In this document: positions 27,460-36,654 of the stretch, in pieces
Layout of the letters: every line of letters starts with the position of its first letter
Numbering within the stretch: position 1 is the stretch's first letter
Virus record (IMG/VR): IMGVR_UViG_3300012950_000004
Span: 1-57,281 of that record
Reading direction: 5' to 3' (one strand)
Origin: a virus
Lineage: Duplodnaviria; Caudoviricetes
Length of the DNA stretch: 57,281 bases
The notes under the pieces: model-generated
What the model saw: only the letters and a program-made list of their open reading frames with translations
What the model was told of the DNA's origin: nothing
Database searches by the model: none
Made by a program: the position numbers and the translations under genes

Positions 27460-28181
27460 AAACACCCGCAGCATTCGGCAAACAAAGCGAGGAGTGTACA
27501 ACTCTGCGCCTCAATGAATACTTTGCGCGCCAAAATCTTCCATGGACAGCCACAACGAAAGGAGGATCTTCTCACGTTAGCGATATCCGAGTAGAAGACA
27601 GAGATACAGGCGAAAAGCTCTATTCCATGGAAGATAAGAACAGCTTCGGTACCAGAACTGATTACGGACAATTTAGAATTTCTTATGATCCGGAGAAAGG
27701 TTGGCAGCAAGCAACTGGTCGCGACAAATTAGAATTAGTAACGGTTTTTGCTTTTTTGAAGCCACGCCTCGATAAGCAATTGCGGGGGAATTTCCCACAC
27801 GGACCTCGCATCAGCGCCTTAGAAGCACAAGAGTTTTGGGACGTATACGAACCCGGAAGAACTCGTAGCATCTCAGGAGACGTGCTGAAAATCCCCATTG
27901 CTCCCGAGGTTATAGCCTCTTATTATGCGAATAAGGGCGACAAATACATTAAGATAGGGGAACACGTATACGGTCTCGAAGAAGGAGAGCTGTTGCCATC
28001 TCTTGCGGGATTGATAAAGGAGGCTTATGCTCTTTTTAGAATCAAGTATCACAACAAGCGCACCCACAATAGCCACTCGTATACAGTCGCACTGCGCCTT
28101 AAATGTGATAGCACCGATGAGACAGCCTTCAACGAGGCTATTAAAAAAATCCACCCATCACGGTTGACGTCGCTTTCATGA
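27456..28181 (+). CDS. Putative PD-(D/E)xK restriction-like endonuclease
   Basis: G..SE...SDI-x(n)-EDKN pattern and YY..KGD.YI.IG; ATGA overlap with the helicase. Confidence 0.55.
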   Translation: MKTPAAFGKQSEECTTLRLNEYFARQNLPWTATTKGGSSHVSDIRVEDRDTGEKLYSMEDKNSFGTRTDYGQFRISYDPEKGWQQATGRDKLELVTVFAFLKPRLDKQLRGNFPHGPRISALEAQEFWDVYEPGRTRSISGDVLKIPIAPEVIASYYANKGDKYIKIGEHVYGLEEGELLPSLAGLIKEAYALFRIKYHNKRTHNSHSYTVALRLKCDSTDETAFNEAIKKIHPSRLTSLS

Positions 28182-28192
28182 CGTGTTATAAT
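28164..28192 (+). promoter_or_regulatory. sigma70-type promoter for recA
   Basis: TTGACG-17-TATAAT with an extended -10 TG. Confidence 0.8.
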
Positions 28193-28213
28193 AAGTTCAC
28201 TAAAGGAGACTAA

Positions 28214-29341
28214 ATGGCTAGAAAAGCTAAGCCCCCCAAAGCTGGTAGGGTTTCGATGCAAGACTTAATGACTCTTGTTAATAAAAAAGCTGGCAGAAAT
28301 GTAGCGCACAATCTCACAGGCGAGAACCCAACCGAAGTAAAGGAATGGATCTCAACGGGATCCCGATGGCTTGACTCCATCATCTGCAAGGGAAAGGTGG
28401 CCGGCATTCCAGTCGGCAAGGTCACAGAACTAGCAGGGCTGGAGAGCACTGGTAAATCCTACATGGCAGCACAAGTAGCCGCAAACGCCCAGAAAACGGG
28501 CAAGATGGTCGTCTACTTCGATTCCGAGTCTGCCATCGACCCCGGCTTCTTGGAGCGAGCAGGATGCGACCTAGAGCGCTTAATGTACGTTCAGGCGTCC
28601 TCCGTGGAGTTTGTGCTGGAAACAGTGGAAGAATTGCTCGGAGCAACCGATGAACAGTTATTGTTTATCTGGGACTCTCTGGCGCTTACTCCATCTGTGT
28701 CGGATGTAGAGGGAGACTTCAATCCCCAATCCTCAATGGCAGTGAAGGCTCGTATTCTCGCCAAGGGAATGTCAAAGCTGATCATTCCCATTGCGGACAA
28801 GCAGGCCACATTTCTGGTTCTCAACCAGCTTAAAACCAATATTCCCAGCGGACCTAACGCTCGAATCATCGCGATGACCACCCCATACATGACCCCGGGC
28901 GGCAAAGCAATGCACTATTCGTATTCTCTCCGCATCTGGCTAACAGGGCGTAAAGCCAAGTCAGCCTTCATTGAGGATGAAAAGGGATTTCGAATCGGAT
29001 CCGAAGTTAAAGTTAAGCTAGAGAAGTCTCGATTTGGAACTCAAGGCAGAAACTGTGCTTTCCGTATCCTCTGGGGTACCGAAGACATTGGTATCCGCGA
29101 TGAGGAAAGCTGGTTTGACGCAGTGAAGAGTTCAGAGTGCCTAACTTCTGCCGGCGCATGGTACACGCTTAAGATGCCCGATGGGTACGAGAAGAAGTTC
29201 CAACCCTCAAAGTGGACCGAGATCATTCAAAACGACGAAGAATTTAAGAATAACATCATTAAGCTAATGGATGAAGAGGTTGTTCAGAAGTTTGATCGAC
29301 GAGAAGGATCCGCCGACCAATTCTATTCAGATCCTGAATAA
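28214..29341 (+). CDS. recA: RecA/UvsX recombinase
   Basis: ISTGS..LD, GLESTGKS, YFDSESA, IWDSLA, LNQL and TPGGKAM motifs. Confidence 0.96.
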   Translation: MARKAKPPKAGRVSMQDLMTLVNKKAGRNVAHNLTGENPTEVKEWISTGSRWLDSIICKGKVAGIPVGKVTELAGLESTGKSYMAAQVAANAQKTGKMVVYFDSESAIDPGFLERAGCDLERLMYVQASSVEFVLETVEELLGATDEQLLFIWDSLALTPSVSDVEGDFNPQSSMAVKARILAKGMSKLIIPIADKQATFLVLNQLKTNIPSGPNARIIAMTTPYMTPGGKAMHYSYSLRIWLTGRKAKSAFIEDEKGFRIGSEVKVKLEKSRFGTQGRNCAFRILWGTEDIGIRDEESWFDAVKSSECLTSAGAWYTLKMPDGYEKKFQPSKWTEIIQNDEEFKNNIIKLMDEEVVQKFDRREGSADQFYSDPE

Positions 29342-29347
29342 AAAAGA

Positions 29348-29376
29348 TTGACAGCCCTTCTGTAATGCGTTATACT
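29348..29376 (+). promoter_or_regulatory. sigma70-type promoter
   Basis: TTGACA-17-TATACT. Confidence 0.8.
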
Positions 29377-29407
29377 TATGTATAAGCTTGTAGGAGGGCT
29401 TAGTATT

Positions 29408-30364
29408 ATGAAAAGAGTATTGATTATTGATGCCCTCAACATGTTTTTGAGAGCTTATATCGTGGATCCGAGTTTGTCGACCAACGGGGAGCCGATTGGC
29501 GGCTTCAAAGGATCTCTTAAGATTGTGCAAAAGCTGGCTAGGATGACAACGCCAGATGAGATAGTCATTGTCTGGGATGGTCCGAACGGATCTCAGAAAC
29601 GCCGCACAATGGATAAAAATTATAAAGAGGGCCGAAAACCGATCAGGCTGAATCGCAGCATCGAAGGAGTCAGCGAAGCGGATGAAATGCAGAATAGAAT
29701 CTGGCAGCAAACCCGAGCCATTGAGTATTTCAACGAGATGCCGATCATTCAAGTGATGCTCCCAGAGGTGGAAGCTGACGATGTGATTTCGTATCTAACG
29801 CGCATGCCGCACTATGATGGATGGCAAAAAGTTATCGTGTCAAATGACAAAGATTTCTATCAGCTGTGCGATGAAGAAACTGTGGTGTACCGCCCCACCA
29901 GTGATGTCGTTTATAACAAGAAGCGCATCGTTGAAGAGTTGGGAGTTCACCCCCGGAATATGGCACTTGCCCGAGCGCTCGTCGGAGATGCGTCAGACAA
30001 CCTCCCCGGTATTAAGTCGGTTGGGTTTAAAACCATTCAGCGCCGTTTAGGATTTTTAGCGTCAGAGAAGGATTACACCGCTGATGACATTGTGCAATAT
30101 TGCGAGAAAGTGGATAAAAAATTAAAATTCCACACAAATATTATTGAAGGTAGAGAAATTATTGGGCACAATTATAAAATGATGCAACTCTACTCGCCGC
30201 TACTTTCTCCTCAATCAAAAGACTTTGTTAGGAATGCGGTGGAGAACTTTGAGTGTAATTTCAATAAGATAGAAATTATGAAGAAAATGAGAGATGATGG
30301 TTTTGGGGAGCTTAATTGGAAAGACCTTGAACTGCGCCTTAATAAAATTAATTCTGAGTGCTAA
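29408..30364 (+). CDS. Stand-alone 5'-3' exonuclease/flap endonuclease (Pol I N-terminal or T4 RNase H family)
   Basis: LIIDALN, VWDG, YKEGR, EADDVI, SNDKDFYQL and GDASDNLPGI motifs; GGAGG RBS before ATG 29408. Confidence 0.95.
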   Translation: MKRVLIIDALNMFLRAYIVDPSLSTNGEPIGGFKGSLKIVQKLARMTTPDEIVIVWDGPNGSQKRRTMDKNYKEGRKPIRLNRSIEGVSEADEMQNRIWQQTRAIEYFNEMPIIQVMLPEVEADDVISYLTRMPHYDGWQKVIVSNDKDFYQLCDEETVVYRPTSDVVYNKKRIVEELGVHPRNMALARALVGDASDNLPGIKSVGFKTIQRRLGFLASEKDYTADDIVQYCEKVDKKLKFHTNIIEGREIIGHNYKMMQLYSPLLSPQSKDFVRNAVENFECNFNKIEIMKKMRDDGFGELNWKDLELRLNKINSEC

Positions 30365-30369
30365 ATTGC

Positions 30370-30397
30370 TTGACTTTACGACAAATTCTGTTATATT
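30370..30397 (+). promoter_or_regulatory. sigma70-type promoter
   Basis: TTGACT-16-TATATT with an extended -10 TG. Confidence 0.6.
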
Positions 30398-30422
30398 TAG
30401 TAATGCGCAGGCGGGGTGATTT

Positions 30423-31793
30423 TTGAACGAAAAAGCAACTTTTAGTCGCTATGGAAAAGCCTTTCAAGAAGGACTGGTTCAGATTATCTATGAGGACCGT
30501 CCTTTTGCCGATCAGATTACCGAAGTGCTTAATGTCAACTTCTTAGAGTTGGAATACTTACGTGTCTTTGTGAGTAGAATAATTGAGTATCGCGACAGAT
30601 ACACCACTCACCCTTCTCCCGAGGCAGTCATGACCATCATCCGAACTGATTTGGGTGATGAAGACGCGGTTATTCAGCAGCAAGTGCGAGAATACTTTGC
30701 TAAAATTACAGCACGCGAGTCCACAGACGTTGCTTTCATCAAAGAGCAGTCCTTAGATTTTTGCAGAAAGCAAAATCTCAAAGAGGCAATGTTGAAATCT
30801 GTTGGCCTTTTGCAAACATGCTCTTTTGATGAAATTTCAAAGACAATCAACGATTCCCTAAAGTTGGGTTCAGATAATAATTTTGGTTACGATTATCTCG
30901 CCGACTTTGAGGCGCGTTTTGTCCCCAAGCATCGGCTCCCCGTCACCACCGGGTGGCAGGAGATCGATAAAATTTGCGGTGGAGGCTTAGGCAAGAGCGA
31001 ATTAGGCGTTGTTATTGCCCCCACCGGAGCAGGCAAATCTTTTTGTCTGGTGCACTTAGGAACTCAAGGAATTAAAGAAGGAAAGGTAGTAGTCCACTAT
31101 ACTCTAGAATTGCAAGACACAATTATTGCAAGTCGTTACGATAGTTGCTTAACAGGATACCCACTTTCTGATATTATTAACTTTAAGGATGAAGTATACG
31201 AAGAAATTAAAGACATCGAGGGAAAACTCATTGTCAAGGAATACCCTACCAAATCTGCAACAACCAACACCATCAAATCCCACCTTACGAAGTTGTTAAA
31301 GAGAGGCATCAAGCCAGGGATGATTATTGTCGATTACGCGGATCTCTTACGACCCGTAACGGTAAGAAAGGAAAAGAGAGCAGAATTGGAATCCATCTAC
31401 GAAGAATTAAGAGGAATATCGACAGAGTTTAAATGCCCTGTTTGGACAGCCTCGCAGACGAATCGCTCCGGCTTGAATGCGGAAGTGATTACCATGGAGC
31501 AAATTTCAGAAGCATTTAATAAGTGTTTCGTCGCCGATTTTATTTTTTCTGTGTCTCGTACAGTTGAAGACAAGCAGAACAATCAAGGAAAGATGTTCAT
31601 TGCTAAAAATAGGAATGGTCCGGACGGCATGATCTATGATATTTTCATGGATCCCGGCATTGCTAAGATACGCATTATGCCAAAACAAGCCGGTATCTCA
31701 ACCGTGTTGCCTGTAAATCCGGTAGCGCTCAGTGCCAGCATGCAGAAAGATCTTCTGCAAAATAAGTACGAAAAATTCAGAAAAAGGAAATAA
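30423..31793 (+). CDS. dnaB: Replicative DNA helicase (DnaB/gp41 family)
   Basis: Walker A APTGAGKS, TLEL, IVDYADL, WTASQTNR and KNRNG motifs. Confidence 0.95.
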   Translation: MNEKATFSRYGKAFQEGLVQIIYEDRPFADQITEVLNVNFLELEYLRVFVSRIIEYRDRYTTHPSPEAVMTIIRTDLGDEDAVIQQQVREYFAKITARESTDVAFIKEQSLDFCRKQNLKEAMLKSVGLLQTCSFDEISKTINDSLKLGSDNNFGYDYLADFEARFVPKHRLPVTTGWQEIDKICGGGLGKSELGVVIAPTGAGKSFCLVHLGTQGIKEGKVVVHYTLELQDTIIASRYDSCLTGYPLSDIINFKDEVYEEIKDIEGKLIVKEYPTKSATTNTIKSHLTKLLKRGIKPGMIIVDYADLLRPVTVRKEKRAELESIYEELRGISTEFKCPVWTASQTNRSGLNAEVITMEQISEAFNKCFVADFIFSVSRTVEDKQNNQGKMFIAKNRNGPDGMIYDIFMDPGIAKIRIMPKQAGISTVLPVNPVALSASMQKDLLQNKYEKFRKRK

Positions 31794-31798
31794 CATAA

Positions 31799-33766
31799 AT
31801 GAGAACAATTCAGAATATCCGCAGGTTTAGATTATCAGATACCTTCGTGGACCCATACAAAGATGCCGAGGTCCCCTGGGGACCTCTTGGATATGTGACG
31901 TTTAAGCGCACTTATTCACGCCGATTGAGCGAGTTCGATCCCGAAGCCACAGGCTCGGAAGAGTGGTGGCAAACGTGCCGTCGCGTGGTCGAAGGGATGT
32001 TTAACATGCAGAAACAACACGTCTTCCAGCTGGGTCTTGAGTGGAACGACAGCAAGGCGCAAAAGACAGCCAAAGAGGCTTATGATCGCCTTTTCAACCT
32101 TAAGTGGACGCCCCCCGGCAGAGGGCTATGGATGATGGGTACCAAATTTGTCGAAGAAAGAACTGCCGCCGGACTTTTTAATTGCGCTTTTCGTTCAACC
32201 AGAGACTTGTCAACCAAGGGCGGTTACCTCTTTGCATGGATGATGGACGCTCTAATGGTCGGTGTGGGCGTAGGCTTTGACACCGAAGGCGCCGGTACCG
32301 TCACCATTCAGGAGCCGGAGTATACGAACGATACATTGTTGATCGACGATTCTCGCGAGGGCTGGGTAAATTCAGTACATACAGTACTGGATGGATTCTT
32401 CTTTGGATCCAAGGTTCCTAAGTTTGATTATTCGGCCATCCGCGAGTTGGGCGCTGAGATTAAAGGATTTGGAGGAACCTCCAGCGGTCCTGCGCCTCTC
32501 ATCGAGTTGCACGAAAACTTAAAGGAACTGTTTTCATCCAAGATTGGAGAGTCTATCACATCGGTAGATATTGTGGATACAGAGAACCTTATTGGGAGAT
32601 GCGTGGTGTCTGGCAATGTACGCAGATCCGCAGCGCTAGCTATGGGTCGCCCACATGATATGCGGTATCTTGAAATGAAAAATGATCAGGAGAAGCTTTA
32701 TCATCACCGATGGGGATCTAATAACTCCTTCAATGCCGAAGTGGGAATGGATTATACATGGCACGCAGCACAGAGCCAAAAGAACGGCGAGCCCGGATAT
32801 ATTTGGTTGGACAATGCACGCACCCGCGGACGCTTTAAAGATGGACCCCGCTACGACGACATCAACGTGGCAGGCTTTAATCCCTGCGTGGAACAACAAC
32901 TTGAAGATGCTGAGCTGTGTTGTCTGGTCGAGACTTATCCGGCAAAACATGACGATCTAGAAGACTATCTTCGTACGCTTAAAATTGCTTACTTGTACGG
33001 CAAAACCATTACTCTTTCCAACACACACTGGCCAGAAACCAATGCTAAAATGCTTAAGAATCGTCGCATTGGGCTCTCTCAATCTGGAGTTGTACAAGCT
33101 TTTAATAAGTTTGGTCGCCGCGCAATGTATGACATGTGCGATAAGGCATATGCGCACGTTAAACAATTAGACGAAGAATATTCTAACTGGCTGTGTATTC
33201 CTAAGTCGATTCGAATGACTTCGATCAAGCCTTCTGGAACAGTCTCGCTGCTAAACGGCTCTACCCCGGGAATTCATTTTCCAGAGAACGAGTATTATAT
33301 TAGACGTATCAGGTTCTCCAATACTTCGAATTTAATTGACAAACTTAAAGAAGCAGGTTATACTGTAGAAAATGATGAATACTCTCCGAACACTTCTGTT
33401 GTCGAGTTTCCTGTACATGAGCCCTATTATTCCCAAGGGAAGAAGGATGTCTCTCTCTGGGAACAGCTTGAAATTGCAGCCCAGTATCAACATTATTGGG
33501 CCGATAACTCTGTGTCTATTACGGTCACGTTTAAGCCGGAAGAGGCTTCTCAAATCAAAGCTGCGCTTGAATTATATGAAACTCGGCTTAAAGCCGTCTC
33601 CTTTCTTAAGTACGAAGAGACAGGATATAAGCAGGCGCCCTACGAGCCTATAACCAAAAAGAAATACGAACAAATGAGTGTCAAAATTTCCCCTCTTACT
33701 CGCGCCAAGGATAGCGCCGGAGGCGAAGGCACTAAGTTCTGTACAAATGACACATGCACAATATAG
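31799..33766 (+). CDS. nrdJ: Class II (adenosylcobalamin-dependent) ribonucleotide reductase
   Basis: KRTYSR, PPGRGLW, FNC, GNVRRSA, NPCVEQ.L...ELCCLVE, KPSGTVSLL and a C-terminal CTNDTC. Confidence 0.93.
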   Translation: MRTIQNIRRFRLSDTFVDPYKDAEVPWGPLGYVTFKRTYSRRLSEFDPEATGSEEWWQTCRRVVEGMFNMQKQHVFQLGLEWNDSKAQKTAKEAYDRLFNLKWTPPGRGLWMMGTKFVEERTAAGLFNCAFRSTRDLSTKGGYLFAWMMDALMVGVGVGFDTEGAGTVTIQEPEYTNDTLLIDDSREGWVNSVHTVLDGFFFGSKVPKFDYSAIRELGAEIKGFGGTSSGPAPLIELHENLKELFSSKIGESITSVDIVDTENLIGRCVVSGNVRRSAALAMGRPHDMRYLEMKNDQEKLYHHRWGSNNSFNAEVGMDYTWHAAQSQKNGEPGYIWLDNARTRGRFKDGPRYDDINVAGFNPCVEQQLEDAELCCLVETYPAKHDDLEDYLRTLKIAYLYGKTITLSNTHWPETNAKMLKNRRIGLSQSGVVQAFNKFGRRAMYDMCDKAYAHVKQLDEEYSNWLCIPKSIRMTSIKPSGTVSLLNGSTPGIHFPENEYYIRRIRFSNTSNLIDKLKEAGYTVENDEYSPNTSVVEFPVHEPYYSQGKKDVSLWEQLEIAAQYQHYWADNSVSITVTFKPEEASQIKAALELYETRLKAVSFLKYEETGYKQAPYEPITKKKYEQMSVKISPLTRAKDSAGGEGTKFCTNDTCTI

Positions 33767-34002
33767 GAGGAAATGTGAATTTTAACCACTTAATGGAAGC
33801 CAAGTTTATACAACGTCGCTGTTCAACTGGTCGTGGCGAATGTTATTGGATTCCCCAAGGAAACATTCGCTCTACTCACGGAAATAATATTCATATGACG
33901 ATGTATTGCAAACATTGCAACAGTCGCGAGGACATATTTCTCAGCAAACAGGATTATGAACTTCAAGAAAGGATGATCATGAGGGAGATAGGACATGCTT
34001 AA
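33754..34002 (+). CDS. Hypothetical Cys-containing small protein
   Basis: C..C / CKHC motifs. The real start is probably GTG 33775, after GGAGG. Confidence 0.6.
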   Translation: MHNIGGNVNFNHLMEAKFIQRRCSTGRGECYWIPQGNIRSTHGNNIHMTMYCKHCNSREDIFLSKQDYELQERMIMREIGHA

Positions 34003-34267
34003 TCCCGTTAACCGCTATATTTGGATCGATATACCTCCCACAAACACGACCGGCCCGGAGTCGCTGGTGATGTTGCCGGATGACTATAAGGCGCCCGAAG
34101 AGCGATTTATTCGGGTCTCCGCAGTTAAAGCTGCAGCCGATGTACGCTTTGATGTGGAGAGCGATGATAAGATGGTAGTTGATCGCTCAATGATCGAAGA
34201 AATAACGATTGGAGCCACTATTTATAATGTTATTTTAGACAATTATGTTGTCGGAATAATTGAGTAA
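33995..34267 (+). CDS. groES: GroES-like co-chaperonin
   Basis: MLNPVNRYIWI...VMLPD...V..DD.MVV...YNVILDNYVVGIIE follows the Cpn10 pattern; 90 aa. Confidence 0.7.
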   Translation: MLNPVNRYIWIDIPPTNTTGPESLVMLPDDYKAPEERFIRVSAVKAAADVRFDVESDDKMVVDRSMIEEITIGATIYNVILDNYVVGIIE

Positions 34268-34284
34268 ACAGGAGCATATCATGT

Positions 34285-35217
34285 ATGGACAAGCACTTTT
34301 ACAACGAGGCATCAGCCAAAAAGCTTGGCTGGGAACCTAGCTGGTTTGGTGAAAAGTACTTTGATGACAAACTGGTAAGAGCGATTAAAAAATGGCAGAG
34401 ATCACACCACATTCCCGCCGACGGCTTGTGCGGACCGACCACCTTCCGACGCTTATGGACCACTCGCCAAGCGGATATTGGCGATTATAAGCCCAAAGAT
34501 TGCCACTATTCCAATTATATCGTCTATAATGGAGAATTTCACCCTATCGAGTGGGATAAGTTTGTGCTGTGGTCTGAAAAGGGTGGAATGCATGCAAAGC
34601 CAGGACACTACTACGACTATTCGGGACGTCCCAAGCGCAAGCTGCGTTACTTTGTTAATCACTGGGATGTATGCCTATCTTCTGAGTCATGTCAAGGCGT
34701 TCTTGATAGGCGCGGAATCTCAGTTCACTTCTTAATTGACAATGATGGCACCATCTATCAAACACTCGACATACAACACGCAGCGTGGCATGCGGGTTCA
34801 TCCCGCACCAACCGACCGTCAGTGGGGGTAGAAATAACGAACGCCTATTATCCCAAGTATCAAGCATGGTATGTTAAGCATGGCTTTGGAGATCGCCCCG
34901 TCGTAGAAGATGCGTGGGTCCACGGCACCAAGCTAGACCCATTTTTAGGGTTTTATCCGAAACAGATAGAGGCTCTTAAGGCATTGTGGAAGGCTATTCA
35001 TGAAGCCACCGGAATTCCCTACGAAACACCCGTGAGCCAATTTGGCAAAACTTCTACTAAATATGTGCAAGATGTAGCCTATGGTAGCTTTTCGGGATTT
35101 GTTAGTCATTACCACGTGAGTAAGACAAAGATTGATTGTGCCGGTCTCGACATCAAGACTCTGCTTCAAGAAACCGAACATGACATTGATATCCTTGACC
35201 AGATAAAAAACGATTAA
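34285..35217 (+). CDS. Endolysin: peptidoglycan-binding domain plus N-acetylmuramoyl-L-alanine amidase
   Basis: AIKKWQ....ADGLCGPTT (PG-binding); NHWD, SVHFLIDNDGTIYQ, AWHAG, GVEI and SHY...KIDC (Amidase_2). Confidence 0.92.
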   Translation: MDKHFYNEASAKKLGWEPSWFGEKYFDDKLVRAIKKWQRSHHIPADGLCGPTTFRRLWTTRQADIGDYKPKDCHYSNYIVYNGEFHPIEWDKFVLWSEKGGMHAKPGHYYDYSGRPKRKLRYFVNHWDVCLSSESCQGVLDRRGISVHFLIDNDGTIYQTLDIQHAAWHAGSSRTNRPSVGVEITNAYYPKYQAWYVKHGFGDRPVVEDAWVHGTKLDPFLGFYPKQIEALKALWKAIHEATGIPYETPVSQFGKTSTKYVQDVAYGSFSGFVSHYHVSKTKIDCAGLDIKTLLQETEHDIDILDQIKND

Positions 35218-35241
35218 TTTTTTTCATCTCATACTTAAGGT

Positions 35242-35769
35242 ATGGGACTGTGGCTGCTGTTAATGGGTTTTTTCGTTCCCGAAAATCCTTCTTCTTTTCG
35301 TGTATCAATTGGCGAAGTGGTTGACACATTTGCACTCAAAGAGCCGATACAAAAGGGCGAATGGCAGACACCCCCAATAGTTAAAGTTTGCGCATCAACG
35401 ACGCTAACTTCGTTTCGAGTAGAGAAAGCACTTAAATATTGGGAAATGTTGGGTTATGATTTTGAAGGGATGTATATAGATTCGACCATAAGCTGTAGAG
35501 AACCTGCGCACGGGGAAATTGTGATCACATTACCCGAAGCAGACATGGAGAGCCACAGATTAGCGGCGACGCGCCTGTACACGGAAAAAGGAACCGGTTA
35601 CATCGTGAAAGCTAAAATTTTTGTTTATCCCCATTTTGGGCGCAAAGATCGGGTCTTAGAGCACGAGATAGGACATGCGCTGGGCTGGACCCATTACATG
35701 CAGAAGTCTCACATTATGCACCCCACATGGTCATTGGGCGGCTATGATTATCGGGGGCTAAGGAAATGA
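35242..35769 (+). CDS. Matrixin/metzincin-like zinc metallopeptidase with a hydrophobic N-terminus
   Basis: HEIGHALGWTH zinc motif and the Met-turn IMHP. Confidence 0.85.
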   Translation: MGLWLLLMGFFVPENPSSFRVSIGEVVDTFALKEPIQKGEWQTPPIVKVCASTTLTSFRVEKALKYWEMLGYDFEGMYIDSTISCREPAHGEIVITLPEADMESHRLAATRLYTEKGTGYIVKAKIFVYPHFGRKDRVLEHEIGHALGWTHYMQKSHIMHPTWSLGGYDYRGLRK

Positions 35770-35770
35770 T

Positions 35771-36652
35771 TTGCAAGAGTATGAAAATGTTGTAGTTGGA
35801 AGCTCATTAACCGCGGTTTTGTATGCGTTCGTGCATAATTATCCTATTTTTTTTGCTGAAGAATGTAGACCCTTTCGGTTTAAATATTTGGATCCAACTC
35901 TAAAATTGGAGGCCATCAAGATGGCCCGAACCAGGCCCGCAAAAAGTTTAACGACCTTTGAGGGAGAAAGAGAAGTAGGTGTGCCCGAAGAACTTTTATG
36001 GGAGAGGTTGCTTTTTTTGCTTTCGCTGAATGGCAAAGTACCGCTAGCTAATTTGTGCCATGGCATACGATATGATGGTGATCGCGTGGTGTGCTCCAAT
36101 GAATATTCTAAAATAATGGAATTCAAGTTTAAAGAGTGTGCTTATTTCGGAGATCGAAAGAGCGCCGGCTTTGTAACTCAAAAAGCACTTGACGAAGATA
36201 GTTATATATGTTATGATTATATTGCGTTCAATAAAGGCGGTAAGCACCAAATTGACTACATTAAAACTTCAGATGATTTTGTCAGCGAGATATGGTTTTA
36301 TAGTTCCGACCGTATTGATGGAAATACTCCTGTTAGAGATGCTTGTGCGGTATCAAGGCTAACAGCAGAGGAACTACTACATTTCGACTATTCTGAAACC
36401 ATGGCTAGATTCAAAGTGGTGCACGAAATGGAATCCAAAGGAATGAAAGGGACATTTGCCCATGGTTACACCACAGCCGGAAACCCCAAACACTACAATT
36501 TTAGAACAACTAGCATTTACCGCGAAACGCGTCAGTGCCGAAATGAAGAAAGACCCACAACCTCGAATGTTAAAATTCCGCAAGTTGGGGAAAAAGATCT
36601 GCTACAAGATTTATCATCAGCTTGCATGGCCTACCATCGATTTTTGAGGTAA
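35771..36652 (+). CDS. Hypothetical protein with a degenerate Rossmann-like N-terminus
   Basis: YENVVVGSSLTAVLYA resembles the start of FAD-binding domains but lacks GxGxxG. Confidence 0.6.
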   Translation: MQEYENVVVGSSLTAVLYAFVHNYPIFFAEECRPFRFKYLDPTLKLEAIKMARTRPAKSLTTFEGEREVGVPEELLWERLLFLLSLNGKVPLANLCHGIRYDGDRVVCSNEYSKIMEFKFKECAYFGDRKSAGFVTQKALDEDSYICYDYIAFNKGGKHQIDYIKTSDDFVSEIWFYSSDRIDGNTPVRDACAVSRLTAEELLHFDYSETMARFKVVHEMESKGMKGTFAHGYTTAGNPKHYNFRTTSIYRETRQCRNEERPTTSNVKIPQVGEKDLLQDLSSACMAYHRFLR

Positions 36653-36654
36653 AA

